A stretch of 64,000 nucleotides of DNA from Octopus sinensis (lineage: Eukaryota): the NCBI RefSeq assembly GCF_006345805.1, contig NC_043000.1, forward strand, positions 143,220,001 to 143,284,000. The letters run 5' to 3'. Each line of letters starts with the position of its first letter. Position 1 is the stretch's first letter. Positions 1-12,321 of this stretch are shown piece by piece. The position numbers were made by a program, and so were the translations under genes. The notes under the pieces were generated by a model, which had not been told where the DNA came from, made no database searches, and saw only the letters and a list, made by a program, of their open reading frames with translations.

Positions 1-154
1 AAACGCACGCACACACACATAAAAAAACACGCAAACACGGACTGGCATCCTCCCCCAAAATTTCGGGCCTTGTGCCAAGAGTAGAAAAGTTTGTGATGAT
101 AATGGATGAAACAATGGCAACTTTAAATGATAACAGTATACTCTCTCTCACTAT

Positions 155-562
155 CTCTTTTACTCTTTTACTTGTTTCAGTCATTTGATTGCGGCCATGC
201 TGGAGCACCGCCTTTAGTCGAGCAAATCGACCCCGGTACTTATTCTTTGTAAGCCCGGTACTTATTCTATCGGTCTCTTTTGCCGAACCGCTAAGTGACG
301 GGGACGTAAACACACCAGCATCGGTTGTCAAGCAATGCTAGAGGGACAAACACAGACACATAAACACAGACACACATATATATATATATACATATATACG
401 ACGGGCTTCTTTCAGTTTCCGTCTACCAAATCCATTCACAAGGCATTGGTCGGCCCGGGGCTATAGGAGAAGACACTTGCCCAAGATACCACGCAGTGGG
501 ACTGAACCCAGAACCATGTGGTTGGTAAGCAAGCTACTTACCACACAGCCACTCCTGCACCT
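155..562 (-). mobile_element. tRNA-derived CORE-type SINE, family B (internal (TA)/(TG) microsatellite, (GAGTAAAA)n tail)
   Basis: Minus strand reads GGTGCAGGAGTGGCTGTGTGGTAAG...GGGTTCAGTCCC (A/B-box head), then a MIR/CORE-like CTTGGGCAAGTGTCTTCT segment; near-identical copies at 1649, 5661, 13112, 20056, 26429. Confidence 0.9.
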
Positions 563-897
563 AGGGGCATTATAGTTGCTGTTACCATAACTCTTTAATG
601 TGCTCCTCCGTAGGCTTAGGATATGCATAGAGATATGTTTCATAAAATGAGCTATTTGTATTCACACACCTAACCACTAAATGAACCATACAGACTAAAG
701 GAACAATGACCGGCTATATATTTGCAACATTTTTGCGCTGAGGTATTTGTCATACTATCGGCAATCATCAAATCATTTAACAAAGATTACTGGCAACAAT
801 ACTAATAAGAAAACTATTGTTTTAGTTATTTCAAGTGATTGCTAGTTTCGAGTGTAACAATACAACACCTCTCATCATATTTATTCTATATATATAT

Positions 898-1310
898 TTC
901 TTTACTACCCACAAGGGGCTGAACATAGAGAAGACAAACAAAGATAGACATAGGGATTAAGTCGATTACACTGACCCAGTGCGAAACTGGTACTTTATTT
1001 ATCGACACCGAGAGGATGAAAGGCAAAGTCGACCTCAGCGGAATTTGAACTCAGGACGTAACGACAGACGAAATACCTATTTCTTTGCTACCCACAAGGG
1101 GCTAAACACAGAGGAGACAAACAAGGACAAACAAACGGATTAAGTCGGTTACATCGACCCCAGTGCGTAACTGGTACTTTATTTATCGACCCCGAGAGGA
1201 TGAAAGGCAAAGTCGACCTCGGCGGAATTTGAACTCAGGACGTAACGACAGACGAAATACCGCTAAGCATTTCGCCCGGCGCACTAACCTTTCTGCCAGC
1301 TCGCCTCCTA
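898..1310 (-). mobile_element. tRNA-derived SINE, family A, head-to-tail dimer
   Basis: Head GGCGAGCTGGCAGAAAGGTTAG...GAGTTCAAATTCC, core GAGGTCGACTTTGCCTTTCATCCTCTCGGGGTCGATAAAT; a second monomer restarts at about 1080. Confidence 0.9.
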
Positions 1311-1648
1311 TTGGCAGCTCCTTGGGAAATATTATGTCCAAACTTAAATTCATGCTGGAGTCTGCCAGCTCGCCACCCTATATTTATTTTATATAGGACT
1401 GCCCAAGCGGTTGCTCTGTACACCCGTAATAGATGTATTATCTGTAAATTTATTTAACCGAAATCTTCGCCGATCATGTTTCACTGTTTGCTGTTCTACT
1501 TGTCTCGAATTGGCCAACAATTCTACTTCGGAAGTCATCGTCGCCTTCCAACCAAATACTAGCTTGCTCACTGAAAATCGTTGCTGGGATTTTGACACTT
1601 GCTTCTTCGTTTGGCATCCGTGCCTTACGCGCTATCTTTTTCTTGTTG

Positions 1649-2142
1649 CTCTTTTACTCTTTTACTTGTTTCAGTCATTTGACTGCGGCCATGCTAGAGC
1701 ACCGCCTTTAATCGAGCAACTCGACCCCGGGACTTATTCTATCGGTCTCTTTGCTGAACCGCTAAGTGACGGGGACATAAACACACCAACATCGGTTGTC
1801 AAGCAATGCTAGGGGGACAAACACAAACATACACACACACACACACATATATAAATTTATATATACATATATACGACGGGCTTCTTTCAGTTTCCGTGTA
1901 CCAAATCCACTCACAAGGCTTTGGTCGGCCCGAGGCTATAGTAAAAAATAGCCGTTTGTAAAGTATAAGACCACCAGTTCACAGATATAAATTTCAAATA
2001 ATTCTACTGATTGTTGTGTCGCAGTGCTAGTGTTAATTCTTTGATATTAAGTTATCCTTAACCAAGGTGCCACGCAGTGGGACTGAACCCGGAACCATGT
2101 GGTTGGTAAACAAGCTACTTACCACACAGCCACTTCTGCGCC
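1649..2142 (-). mobile_element. SINE family B interrupted by a ~115-bp locally templated insertion (1947-2062)
   Basis: Family B sequence on both sides; the consensus segment GAAGACACTTGCC is replaced by sequence matching 4021-4063 plus 4437-4511. Confidence 0.88.
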
Positions 2143-2414
2143 TGTTAGTAAATCTTTTCAGACTACCTTGTTGTTCTTTAGATATTGGTGTATTCCAAAT
2201 AAACTCTTAATTTTCTAACACGTATCTCTGCCTTAGAAACAAATAAATGCATGTTCATTTACCTCCGAACCTGTCTGGCAGCATCTTGTGTGTTTCTGTA
2301 AAAATTTTTTTTTATCTCATTCTCTCCACCCTGTTTTGCAAATACATGCCAGTGCTCATCAAGTACGTCAACGCTCTCCAAGAGTTACATCAATGATTAT
2401 AAACAAAATGCCAG

Positions 2415-2415
2415 C

Positions 2416-2459
<44 letters not shown>

Positions 2460-2500
2460 TGATGATGATGATGATAATGAAAATAATAATAATGGTGATG

Positions 2501-2579
<79 letters not shown>

Positions 2580-2587
2580 TAATGATG

Positions 2588-2627
<40 letters not shown>

Positions 2628-2639
2628 TAATAATAATAA

Positions 2640-2674
<35 letters not shown>

Positions 2675-2700
2675 CAACAATAATAATAATAATAATAATG

Positions 2701-2733
<33 letters not shown>

Positions 2734-2793
2734 GTAATAATAATAATAATGATGATGATGATGATAATGAAAATAATAATACCATCAGCAATT

Positions 2794-2845
<52 letters not shown>

Positions 2846-2935
2846 TAATGAAAATAATAATAATGAAAATAATAATACCATCAGCAATTGTAATAATAAT
2901 AATTATAATTATAATTATAATCATAATAGAAATAG
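2415..2935. repeat. (AAT)n/(GAT)n microsatellite with internal higher-order duplications
   Basis: Trinucleotide run; GATGATGATAATGAAAATAAT and AATACCATCAGCAATTGTAAT blocks each occur twice. Confidence 0.97.
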
Positions 2936-3279
2936 CAACTAAATAAAAATAAAAACATCCTATAAATTTTTTTTTTTTTTACTTTCGTTATTAGGGAATG
3001 CAATTATTATAATTAATATAAATAATTTCGATTCATTTACAAAAAAAACTGTTTGTTTGGAGTAATCGTAATAAAACTCAATATATTTTTCTCTTTCGAA
3101 AATGAGGTTGGGGCTGTAGGGTAAGGAATGTGGGCCGGAAGGATGCGAGAGATATTGGATAGTTGGAATCGAATGAAATTAATAATCAATAATATGTTTG
3201 TAATTACGTTCAGTCATAAACATCGGCATTTGAATATAATGTACTTGACTGTCTTTTTTCCTTCTTTTCATACAAAATT

Positions 3280-3283
3280 CATA

Positions 3284-3337
<54 letters not shown>

Positions 3338-3355
3338 ATTATTATCATTATCATC

Positions 3356-3387
<32 letters not shown>

Positions 3388-3433
3388 TATTTTTATTATC
3401 GTTATCATTATTATTATTATTATTATTATTATC

Positions 3434-3516
<83 letters not shown>

Positions 3517-3539
3517 ATTATCATTATTATTATCACTAC

Positions 3540-3581
<42 letters not shown>

Positions 3582-3665
3582 CATTATTATTATTATCATT
3601 ATTATTATTATTATTATTTTGTTATCGTCACCTCCACCACCACCACCATTATTATTATTATTGTT
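3280..3665. repeat. (ATT)n/(ATC)n microsatellite, opposite orientation to 2415-2935
   Basis: Direct reading. Confidence 0.97.
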
Positions 3666-4063
3666 TTTCCTTTGAAATCGATATTGCATCAGCATTTTTG
3701 ATTGATTAGAATTATACAAAAATATCTTAAATGGTTTTCTTTGTTGTTTGTTTCTTATTAAAAAACAAAAAGAAAAAAGAATATGATATTTTATTAGTTT
3801 TTAATATCTAAAATTGTATTTACTTGTAATTAATATAGTATTAATTTTGCTACTCAACAACAATCACAACGACCGCAATCACGACATCTTACATTGGCTT
3901 AAAAGCCTCAGATTCCTAAATGTAGGATAGTGGAAATCTTTAAAGGACCTAAAGCCCCTTTACAGATGAAATGAATTAGGCAAAGTAAAGCTGCGAAGTC
4001 GTCTTTCTGTAGTTGAAGCGAAATAGCCGTTTGCAAAGTATGTGACTACCAGTTCACAGATAT

Positions 4064-4403
4064 CGGGGGTACCCCCTTCGGTCACAACACTGACCATGGG
4101 ATTGCACCTAGAAAGTTACCCTCCTAGTCACAAGTCTGGGCAAGGTTGTTTTTATGGAAGACCAGCAGTCACCCATGCATACCAGCCTCCCCTCTCCACG
4201 CCACCAGTGTTATCCAAGGGAAAGGCAAAGGCCGATACAGCTTGGCACTCGTGACGTCGCAACTCATTTCTACAGCTGAGTGAACTGGAGCAACGTGAAA
4301 TAAAGTGTCTTGCTCAAGAACACAACACGCAGCTCGGTCCGGGATTCGAGCTCACAACCTCACGATCGTAAGCTCGACGCTCTAACCACTGAGCCATGCG
4401 CCT
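4064..4403 (-). mobile_element. tRNA-derived CORE-type SINE, family C, with 11-bp TSD
   Basis: Head GGCGCATGGCTCAGTGGTTAGAGCG...GAGCTCGAATCCCGG; CORE-like TGTTCTTGAGCAAGACACTTTATTTCACG; TSD TTCACAGATAT at 4053-4063 and 4426-4436. Confidence 0.9.
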
Positions 4404-4607
4404 TCACATCAATAAAGATATAAATTTCACAGATATAAATTTCAAATAATTCTACTGATTGTTGTGTCGCAGTGCTAGTGTTAATTCTTTGACATCAAGT
4501 TATCCTTAACCGAGTTGACAATGTCCAATAACTGTGACCATCTGGTTTTGCTTAGGCGTATAATAGCATAAAGTTTCCATGGCGTCTTTTTTCATGGTTT
4601 CAATACT

Positions 4608-4840
4608 TATTTGTTTACTACCCACAAGGGGCTAAACACAGAGAGGTCAAACAAGGACAGACAAACTGATTAAGTCGATTATATCGACCCCAATGCATAA
4701 CTGGTACTTAATTTATCGACCCCGAAAGGATGAAAGGGCAAGTCGACCTCGGCGGGATTTGAACTCAGAACGTAACGGCAGACGAAATACGGCTACGCAT
4801 TTAGCCCGGCGTGCTAACGTTTCTGCCAGCTCACCACCCT
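4608..4840 (-). mobile_element. SINE family A monomer with TSD
   Basis: Matches 1081-1310; TTTCAATACT flanks both ends. Confidence 0.9.
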
Positions 4841-5403
4841 GTTTTCAATACTGCAGTGTGTGTGTGTAATGATATTGCGTCTATCATTACATATCAAACA
4901 AACTATTATATGTGTGATTTGATGGAAATTTAAATGCAGTTCTAAGAAGAAATTGTGACCATACAAAAGCTGAGACAAAGTGAAAATATTTACTTAAATA
5001 TTCAGAAATTCTTAATAGGTGTTAAATTCATATCCCACCTATTTAACAATGGGAGAAACCTAACCAACCACCATTTTGTAACAGCAGCTACTGATTCGGA
5101 TATTATACTTGCATTAAAGTATTCATCTGATGATTCGTTGTGACTAAATGTCCAATTGCACTTCGAAGAACTAATGCAACGATTCTGGACAGCCACAATG
5201 GTGAAACGTACGCAGGGAACAAGTAATATAAATTTGCGTTTGTCATCATTTCACAGACAGACAAACGGACAGACAGACAGACATACAGACAGACACACAC
5301 ACACACACACATACACACATGCATTTTAGATACGATTACTGCCGGCAAGCACTTGTTAAGGTTAAGAGCAAAACATCACTTATGTAACGAGAAACTAAGT
5401 TGC

Positions 5404-5509
5404 ATCACATGAAGCGATGCATCTGCACTGTGGGGTGCACTGTAATTCATTGTGTAGCTTCCCAGCCATGAGGGAGCGGTGCAGGATGCGCGGAAACGAT
5501 CGTTGTGAT
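5404..5509 (+). ncRNA. Degenerate hammerhead-like motif with expanded stem II (PLE terminus)
   Basis: Stem I ATCAC/GTGAT; decayed core ATGAAG; stem II GCATCTGCAC/GTGCAGGATGC around a ~50-nt loop; GAAA; palindromic stem III ACGATCGT; GUU triplet; ends in (TA)n. Confidence 0.6.
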
Positions 5510-5525
5510 AAATATATATATATAT

Positions 5526-5645
5526 GCACGACCATATCAGGTTGAAAACAACGGTTCTCATCCGATCACTGAAGTAAAGCAACATTGAGCCTAGTTAGTA
5601 CTGAGATGGGTGACCGTTTGGGGAACCTATTTGCTGTAAACGTCT
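5526..5645 (+). pseudogene. 5S: 5S rRNA pseudogene
   Basis: ACGACCATATCAGGTTGAAAACAACGGTTCTCATCCGATCACTGAAGTAAAGCAAC...GTTAGTACTGAGATGGGTGACCG matches invertebrate/mollusc 5S along its length with many substitutions; single copy, 5' bases replaced by (TA)n, no T4 terminator. Confidence 0.9.
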
Positions 5646-5660
5646 TTCATTCCTTATATA

Positions 5661-5823
5661 GGCACAGGAATGGCTGTGTGGTAAGTAGCTTACTTACCAG
5701 CCACATGGTTTCGGGCTCAGTCCCACTGCTTGGCACCTCGGGCAAGTGTCTTCCACTGCAGCCTCGGGTCGACCAAAGCCTTGTCAGTGGATTTGATAGA
5801 CAGAAGCTGAAAGAAACCCGTCG

Positions 5824-5894
<71 letters not shown>

Positions 5895-6104
5895 GTGTAT
5901 GTGTGTGTGTGTGTGTGTATGTTTGTGTGAGTGTTTGTCCACCATCATCGATTGACAACCGACGTCTCTGTAACTTAGCGGTTCGGCATAAGAGACCGAT
6001 AGAATAAGTACTAGGCTTACAAAGAATAAGTCCGAGGGTCGATTTAAGGTGGTGCTCCAACATGGCCACAGTCAAATTATTGAAACATGTAAAACAGTAA
6101 AAGG
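5661..6104 (+). mobile_element. SINE family B
   Basis: Reverse complement of 155-562 with an expanded internal (TG)n. Confidence 0.9.
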
Positions 6105-6651
6105 ACGAAATAATATAGATATGGTTCCTACGTTTCACGCAAAAGAATGCCGAGGAAATAGCGAAAAAGAAATAGGAGCGATACAAAATTCATTTTTGCT
6201 TCCATTGAAAGCTTGAAGTTTGGGTGTGTGTATATGTGGGCGAACGCGCATGTGTGTGAATATGCGTGTGGATGTGCATACACACATATACACACACACA
6301 GACACAAAAGATGGACGCTAGCATACTAGAAACTAATTACATATTTATATGTAATTAATTAAAATATATTAATTAAAGTTACGTTGTTAGTATTGCAAAC
6401 AATAACTATCTAAATAATTATGTCTGGTTAAAAAATGAAACAAAAGCGCAAAGGTGACAACCCCAATATTAAAATTAATTTTCGATACAAAATTATAATT
6501 CTTTTTGTAATTTGAATAACGATTCTTCTATTACTACCGGTGCATATTCAATTGTCTCAATGATACTTGCGCGCCTACTTAACATTTCAATTTTCATAAA
6601 GCAGGCATAGCTGCGTGTATCCCACCCTATATATATATATATATATATATA

Positions 6652-6977
6652 TACTCAACTAATAAGGGTGAGAAAATTGGATACTAATTTAATAGTACCA
6701 TAAATTCAACACCAAGTGGCTTAGTGCATAAAAACCAGGAATACAATAAAGTTTATACGTAAATATAAGAGAGTGACCACTATGTGGTTGACTCTAGCAC
6801 TAAAAATAGATCCGCTACGGAATTAATCTGCATTTTTGTTATTCTTTATTTGCCCTGTTCGTTTACGCTAATAGTTGTGCTAACTTTCATCGGAAACAAT
6901 TCTTCGTGGCTGAAACCGTAGCGGATCTATTTTTAGTGCTAGAGTCGACCACATAGTGGTCACTCTGTTATATTTAC

Positions 6978-6982
<5 letters not shown>
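6652..6982. mobile_element. Foldback element in (TA)n, probable PLE derivative
   Basis: ~67-bp inverted arms 6754-6820 and 6916-6982, (TA)n on both sides, partial GAAA motif at the inner end of the right arm. Confidence 0.65.
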
Positions 6983-7029
<47 letters not shown>

Positions 7030-7090
7030 GTGCGTGCGTGAGCATAAGTATGTACATTGGTACATTCACATATGCGGATATGTGTAAATA

Positions 7091-7481
7091 TTCCTTTCTA
7101 CCCTAGGCACAAGGCTCGGGGGAGGTGGCCAGTCAATTAGATCGACCCCAGTACGCAACCGGTTCTTAATTTATCGACCCCGACAGTATGAAAGTCAAAG
7201 TCGACCTCGGTGGAATTTGAACTCAGAATGTAAATATAGACGAAATACCTATTTCTTTACTACCCACAAGGGGCTAAACACAGAGGAGACAAACAAAGAC
7301 AGGCAAACGTATTAAGTCGATTATATCGACCCCAGTGCGTAACTGGTACTTATTTAATCAACCCGGAAAAGATGAAAGACAAAGTCGACCTCAGCGGAAT
7401 TTGAACTCAGAACATAAGGACAGGCGAAATACCGCTAAGCATTTCGCCCGGCGTGCTAACGTTTCTGCCAATTCGCCGCCT
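7091..7481 (-). mobile_element. SINE family A dimer
   Basis: Same monomers and same GAAATAGGTATTTCGTC junction as 898-1310. Confidence 0.9.
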
Positions 7482-7845
7482 TTATATGTGTATATATTGT
7501 GAGGTGCACTAAGCGGCTTTGGATGAAATGTGGTTGTATGCAATCATATTTAACATGTTCATGTACACGGGCTTTCGTTCAAGATTTTTACAACACCCGT
7601 CATCCGATGTTACGCATTCTGACCCAACTAATGCCAACGGCTAGCGCCATATTGTGTATATTTAACTATCTCTCTATCCTGTATGTAGGCATATATATTG
7701 TGCTTATAGTAGAAAAGTATCTAGCTGTCTGTCAGTTTATCTGTCTCTCTGCCTGCCTGCCCGTCTGTTGTCCGTCCGTCTGTCTGTCTGTGTGTCTGTC
7801 TTTCTCTCTTCCTCTCTCCCTCTCTGTTTTTTTTTCTCTCTTTAT

Positions 7846-7937
<92 letters not shown>

Positions 7938-8359
7938 TTGACTATCTATCTATTTAACTATCTATCTATCTATCCATCTATCTATATATACTGACGTGTA
8001 TATTGTGGTATAAGCCCTTAAACGTTCTCAGTAGATGTTTATGGAGAGACTTTTCATGGTTTTCGTATGCAAGGTAAACGAAACTAACGTATTCTACCGA
8101 CTGCTCTATTGGCTGTAAAACGAAATGATTCTTAATAATCTGATGACTTACTGTCGACCAATATGTACCCCACTACACACCATGCAATTTACTACGGGGA
8201 ACTCTAAGCAGTCGCTCTATCTGTTAGAAATGGTAACCAAATACCTTTTTTGTATTCCACCATACCATCTTATATCCTAAGTACTTGGTGCATCAAATAT
8301 TATAATACCATATCTCTAAAAACACAGAGGGAATTGACATAACTCTGCTCGGTTATGAC

Positions 8360-8379
8360 TAACAACAACAAAACTACTA

Positions 8380-8411
<32 letters not shown>

Positions 8412-8414
8412 ACC

Positions 8415-8476
<62 letters not shown>

Positions 8477-8526
8477 ACCACTACTACTACTAACCACCAC
8501 TACTACTACTACTACTACTACAACTA

Positions 8527-8585
<59 letters not shown>
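8360..8585. repeat. (CTA)n/(CCA)n microsatellite
   Basis: Direct reading. Confidence 0.97.
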
Positions 8586-9104
8586 GTGAAACGCTCCCCA
8601 CCACTATTTTTAAAATGTGTCACTATGTAGAATTGGTCAATTGTGTCTCTGCTCAAGTAATAAGCGCTATTCATTCATTCATTCATTCAGAATAAGAAGA
8701 TGCAAAAATAAATGCTGCTAATCAATGTACATCTCCTTGCAGCCTAACTAGAAAGTCAGATTAGCTAGTTTTTGGCAATAACATTAAGCTGTTAGAGTCA
8801 ACATCAGTTTCAAGTCATCATTCTACTTAATCTGTCTGAATGATAAATATCAAAAGATATCAAAGCTGAAAAGACCATGATTGAAATGAGCGCAGTGCAT
8901 AGCTGTGTAATTTATTATCTAAACAATTTTCTTCTTTCTTTTTTCTTCTTCGCCAGCCAGTGTATAGCCTTTGTACGTTTACTTAGTAATTCTTTAATCA
9001 TTATTTATGTAAATGTAGAGAACTGTCTTTTTCGCTCATGAGGTCGTAAAAAGAGACAGAAGGATGTCTGGAGTTATCTCCCGTGCTTGTCAAAATAGTT
9101 AATT

Positions 9105-9490
9105 ATGGAAGCACTCCGTCGGTTACGACGATGATGGTTCCGGTTGATCCGAATCAACGGAACAGCCTGCTCGTGAAATTAACGTGTAAGTGGCTGAGCA
9201 CTCCACAGGCACGTGTACCCTTAACGTAGTTCTCGGGGATATTCAGCGTGACACAGAGAGTGACAAGACCGGCCCTTTGAAATACAGGTTCAACAGAAAC
9301 AGGAAGTAAGAGTGAGAGAAATTCGGGGTGAAAGAGTACAGCAGGGATCACCACCATCCCCTGCCGGAGCCTCGTGGAGCTTTTAGGTGTTTTCGCTCAA
9401 TAAACACTCACAACGCCCGGTCTGGGAATCGAAACCGCGATCCTATGACCGCGAGTCCGCTGCCCTAACCACTGGGCCATTGCGCCTCCA
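9105..9490 (-). mobile_element. tRNA-derived SINE, family D, with 12-bp TSD
   Basis: Head GGCGCAATGGCCCAGTGGTTAGGGCAGCGGACTCGCG...GGTTTCGATTCCC; tail GTCGTAACCGACGGAGTGCTTCCAT; TSD CAAAATAGTTAA at 9091-9102 and 9493-9504; near-identical copy at 42282. Confidence 0.92.
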
Positions 9491-10434
9491 CCCAAAATAG
9501 TTAAAATTAGGCGATGGCTAATATTCCTTCCCTTTCCATTACATATTCATTTCTCGCTAATTTTTTGATACTTCCAGCACTGAGTATGTTAACACTAACT
9601 TCAATATTATTGTTCATGCAGACGACGTCTATACGTATTCTATTCTCGTACCAATTTGAGCTTCCATTTCGAACAGTATTCTAGAAGTATAGTATTCTAG
9701 AAAATAGAAGTTTCTCTCTCATTCCTAACTCAGCAAGGAGGTCGATGACTGATTCTGTAATGAAGACAGTAAAACCAGAATATGTCTGAAATAATTAACT
9801 TAATTTCAGTCGTTATATGATATTAGTCTTCCTCAATGCAAAATTAGTTCTAGCCAGCCTTTTGATTTTCTCTGCATAAGGTATGACAACTCTAACTTTA
9901 GTGTTTTGTTTTTCATGCAGATAGCTTCTCTGAATAGCCATTAAACCGGTAATATACACAAACATATCTGCATTATGAACGTCATCGCATCTCAGCACTA
10001 CTTAAAATACGATACCTAACCTTGGGTATTTTCCGTCTTAATCCACAACATCTCTCAAGAGTGTCCTTGGGCATTACAATCAGCTAATTGCGATATCGAC
10101 CTTTACAAAGAACAAACCAATTTAGAATCAATATTTACTTAAAGCCGTACTCGTCTTGAACGAACGGACAATAAAAGAACTATTAAGAACGTTAGTACTT
10201 ACACAATGCTTTACATTGTCTTTTTTTATTGTCCAGTTGTTATATGTGCTCAGTCTTTTATTGAGACTATTTTGTTTTAGATCTATCAAGCAAAATTTGA
10301 TTGTATGTAGCACGCTAATTCTTATGAGAACAAAGAAAACCTATTCCATTAAATGTAGCAGGATACACACACTAAAACACACACACACACACAAACACAT
10401 ACACATGTATATATATATGTATATACATAAAATC

Positions 10435-10475
<41 letters not shown>

Positions 10476-12053
10476 AAATCATATAAATATATATATATAT
10501 ATCTATATATATAATATATATATATATAAAATCATATATATATATAAAATCATATATATAAATATATATATATGATCAAATATTCATAATCAAATACATT
10601 CTTTACCATCAAAATAAGTATCTTTTTAGTTAATGACGGTAACAATATAATTCCTTTTAGATTTCGGTTGATTTGAAGGAATAATAAGTCGAACCCATTT
10701 CTTGCCTGATGGTGTATTTTATCCACCATGGAAAACTCAGAGGTAAAGTGAGTATCGCTAAAATTTGAATTCATAACGTTCCATAATTCAGATATTTTAT
10801 CCGACGCTCTTTCGATTTTGTAAATCAATCGCCTACCTATGAACAAGCCAGAAATATTAGTTAAATATTCCTTAAATTACATCGTATATTTACCAGTGTG
10901 CAATGTTTGCTAGGAAAACACAGGATGCTCACGATTCAGTTCGTTGTTTTGTTTTTCATCAAGTTTACCTTAAAGCTATATAGCAACATTGATTTTGAAT
11001 TAACGACAGTCCTTGTAAGTGCTCTTTCAACGTGTTTGAATTAGTAGCTAAATGACCCCCAAACCCCACGGTAATATCTTTAATAATAGTAAAGAGCGAA
11101 TACATTGTACATTGGGCTAGAAATAATGATGGTATGATTACGCGTAGAACGCGTCTGATTATCAGTCTCTGCGACTAGCAACAATATCACCTGGTATTTG
11201 AACTTCTGGTGATGCTGCTGATTTGAAGAACTGTTTGGTCGGAGGGAATACTTTTGGAAATGTCTCTTTACTTTCTATACCAGACTTGCATGAGAGATTT
11301 AAAGGAACAGTGCAAACTAATGAAACACATATTTTATTCCACTTTCCAGCTACTTACTGATGTAGGCTGTACCTATTGCATTGATTCCTATTAATATTCT
11401 GAGTCACGGCTAATTACAAGCAGGTGTCTCGACATATTTGCTCAAAATGCTAGGAAAAGCAGCCAAATCGCCATCAAATAACATCATTTAAATCTTAAAG
11501 AAAGACATTGGATGTTGTGGTGCTGGGTTCCCTGCTTATAAGGAAAAGGCTTTAGCCACATTTGAATGGTTTTGATCATAGGGTCTGTTCGACTAAAGCT
11601 GAACTGGAGCGAAATAGCAGATTAGACCCGAATAGCGATTAGACCCGAACAACCAACTCGATTCTCTACCTTATTTGCTAAATATCAAACCCTCTTCAGC
11701 ACCAAGAATTAAAACAACGAAACAATGATCACAAGGAAAAGAAAAAAAAAATTGCTATTTCATAACAACATCCTTAATGCTAGGTCACTCCGACACTTAG
11801 TAGTTTAACTTGACTACACCATTATCTTGCCAACTTTAAGTTCGGCCTTTTGAAGTTGTGTTGGTTTTTCTTCGTTCAGTACAGTTGCATATTCAACTCA
11901 AAAGGCGCCGTTACTGTGCCAACTGCCTTGTAGCAATTTTAACGAAAATGCTATACGTTATGATTATTACATATAATCATAATACTGAGTCGAAGAAATT
12001 TACATTAATCTTTCACAAGAAGCAGCAGCAGCAGCAGCAGCAGTAGCAGTAGC

Positions 12054-12096
<43 letters not shown>

Positions 12097-12281
12097 TGGT
12101 GTGTATGGAATATCTGATTGCGTTGAGTAGCAAATGTGAGTAAGCGTATATATAAACGTGTTTAATACGAGGTATATTTCTTTGAGCCTAATTTCTTAAT
12201 TTAATCTTTGTATGTTATCAGCTCCCTCCGCTCACATTCTCTGCCTGTCTGTCTGTTTGTCTGTCAGTATTATCCTCCCCC

Positions 12282-12321
<40 letters not shown>

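Noticed and set aside
1390-1645. CpG-rich unique block with frames open on both strands
   Set aside because: No recognisable protein motif; probably an unclassified TE fragment, not supportable as CDS.
9420-9490. tRNA genes at SINE heads (also 4340-4403, 31530-31600, 36590-36653, 42605-42675, about 63595-63660)
   Set aside because: A and B boxes are present but there is no complete acceptor stem, and each runs into a SINE body; these are tRNA-derived heads.
9580-10000. IIVHADDVY (RT YADD-like, plus) and KVRVVIPYAEKIKRL (PLE linker-like, minus)
   Set aside because: Short isolated matches on opposite strands, with no neighbouring RT or GIY-YIG motifs found.
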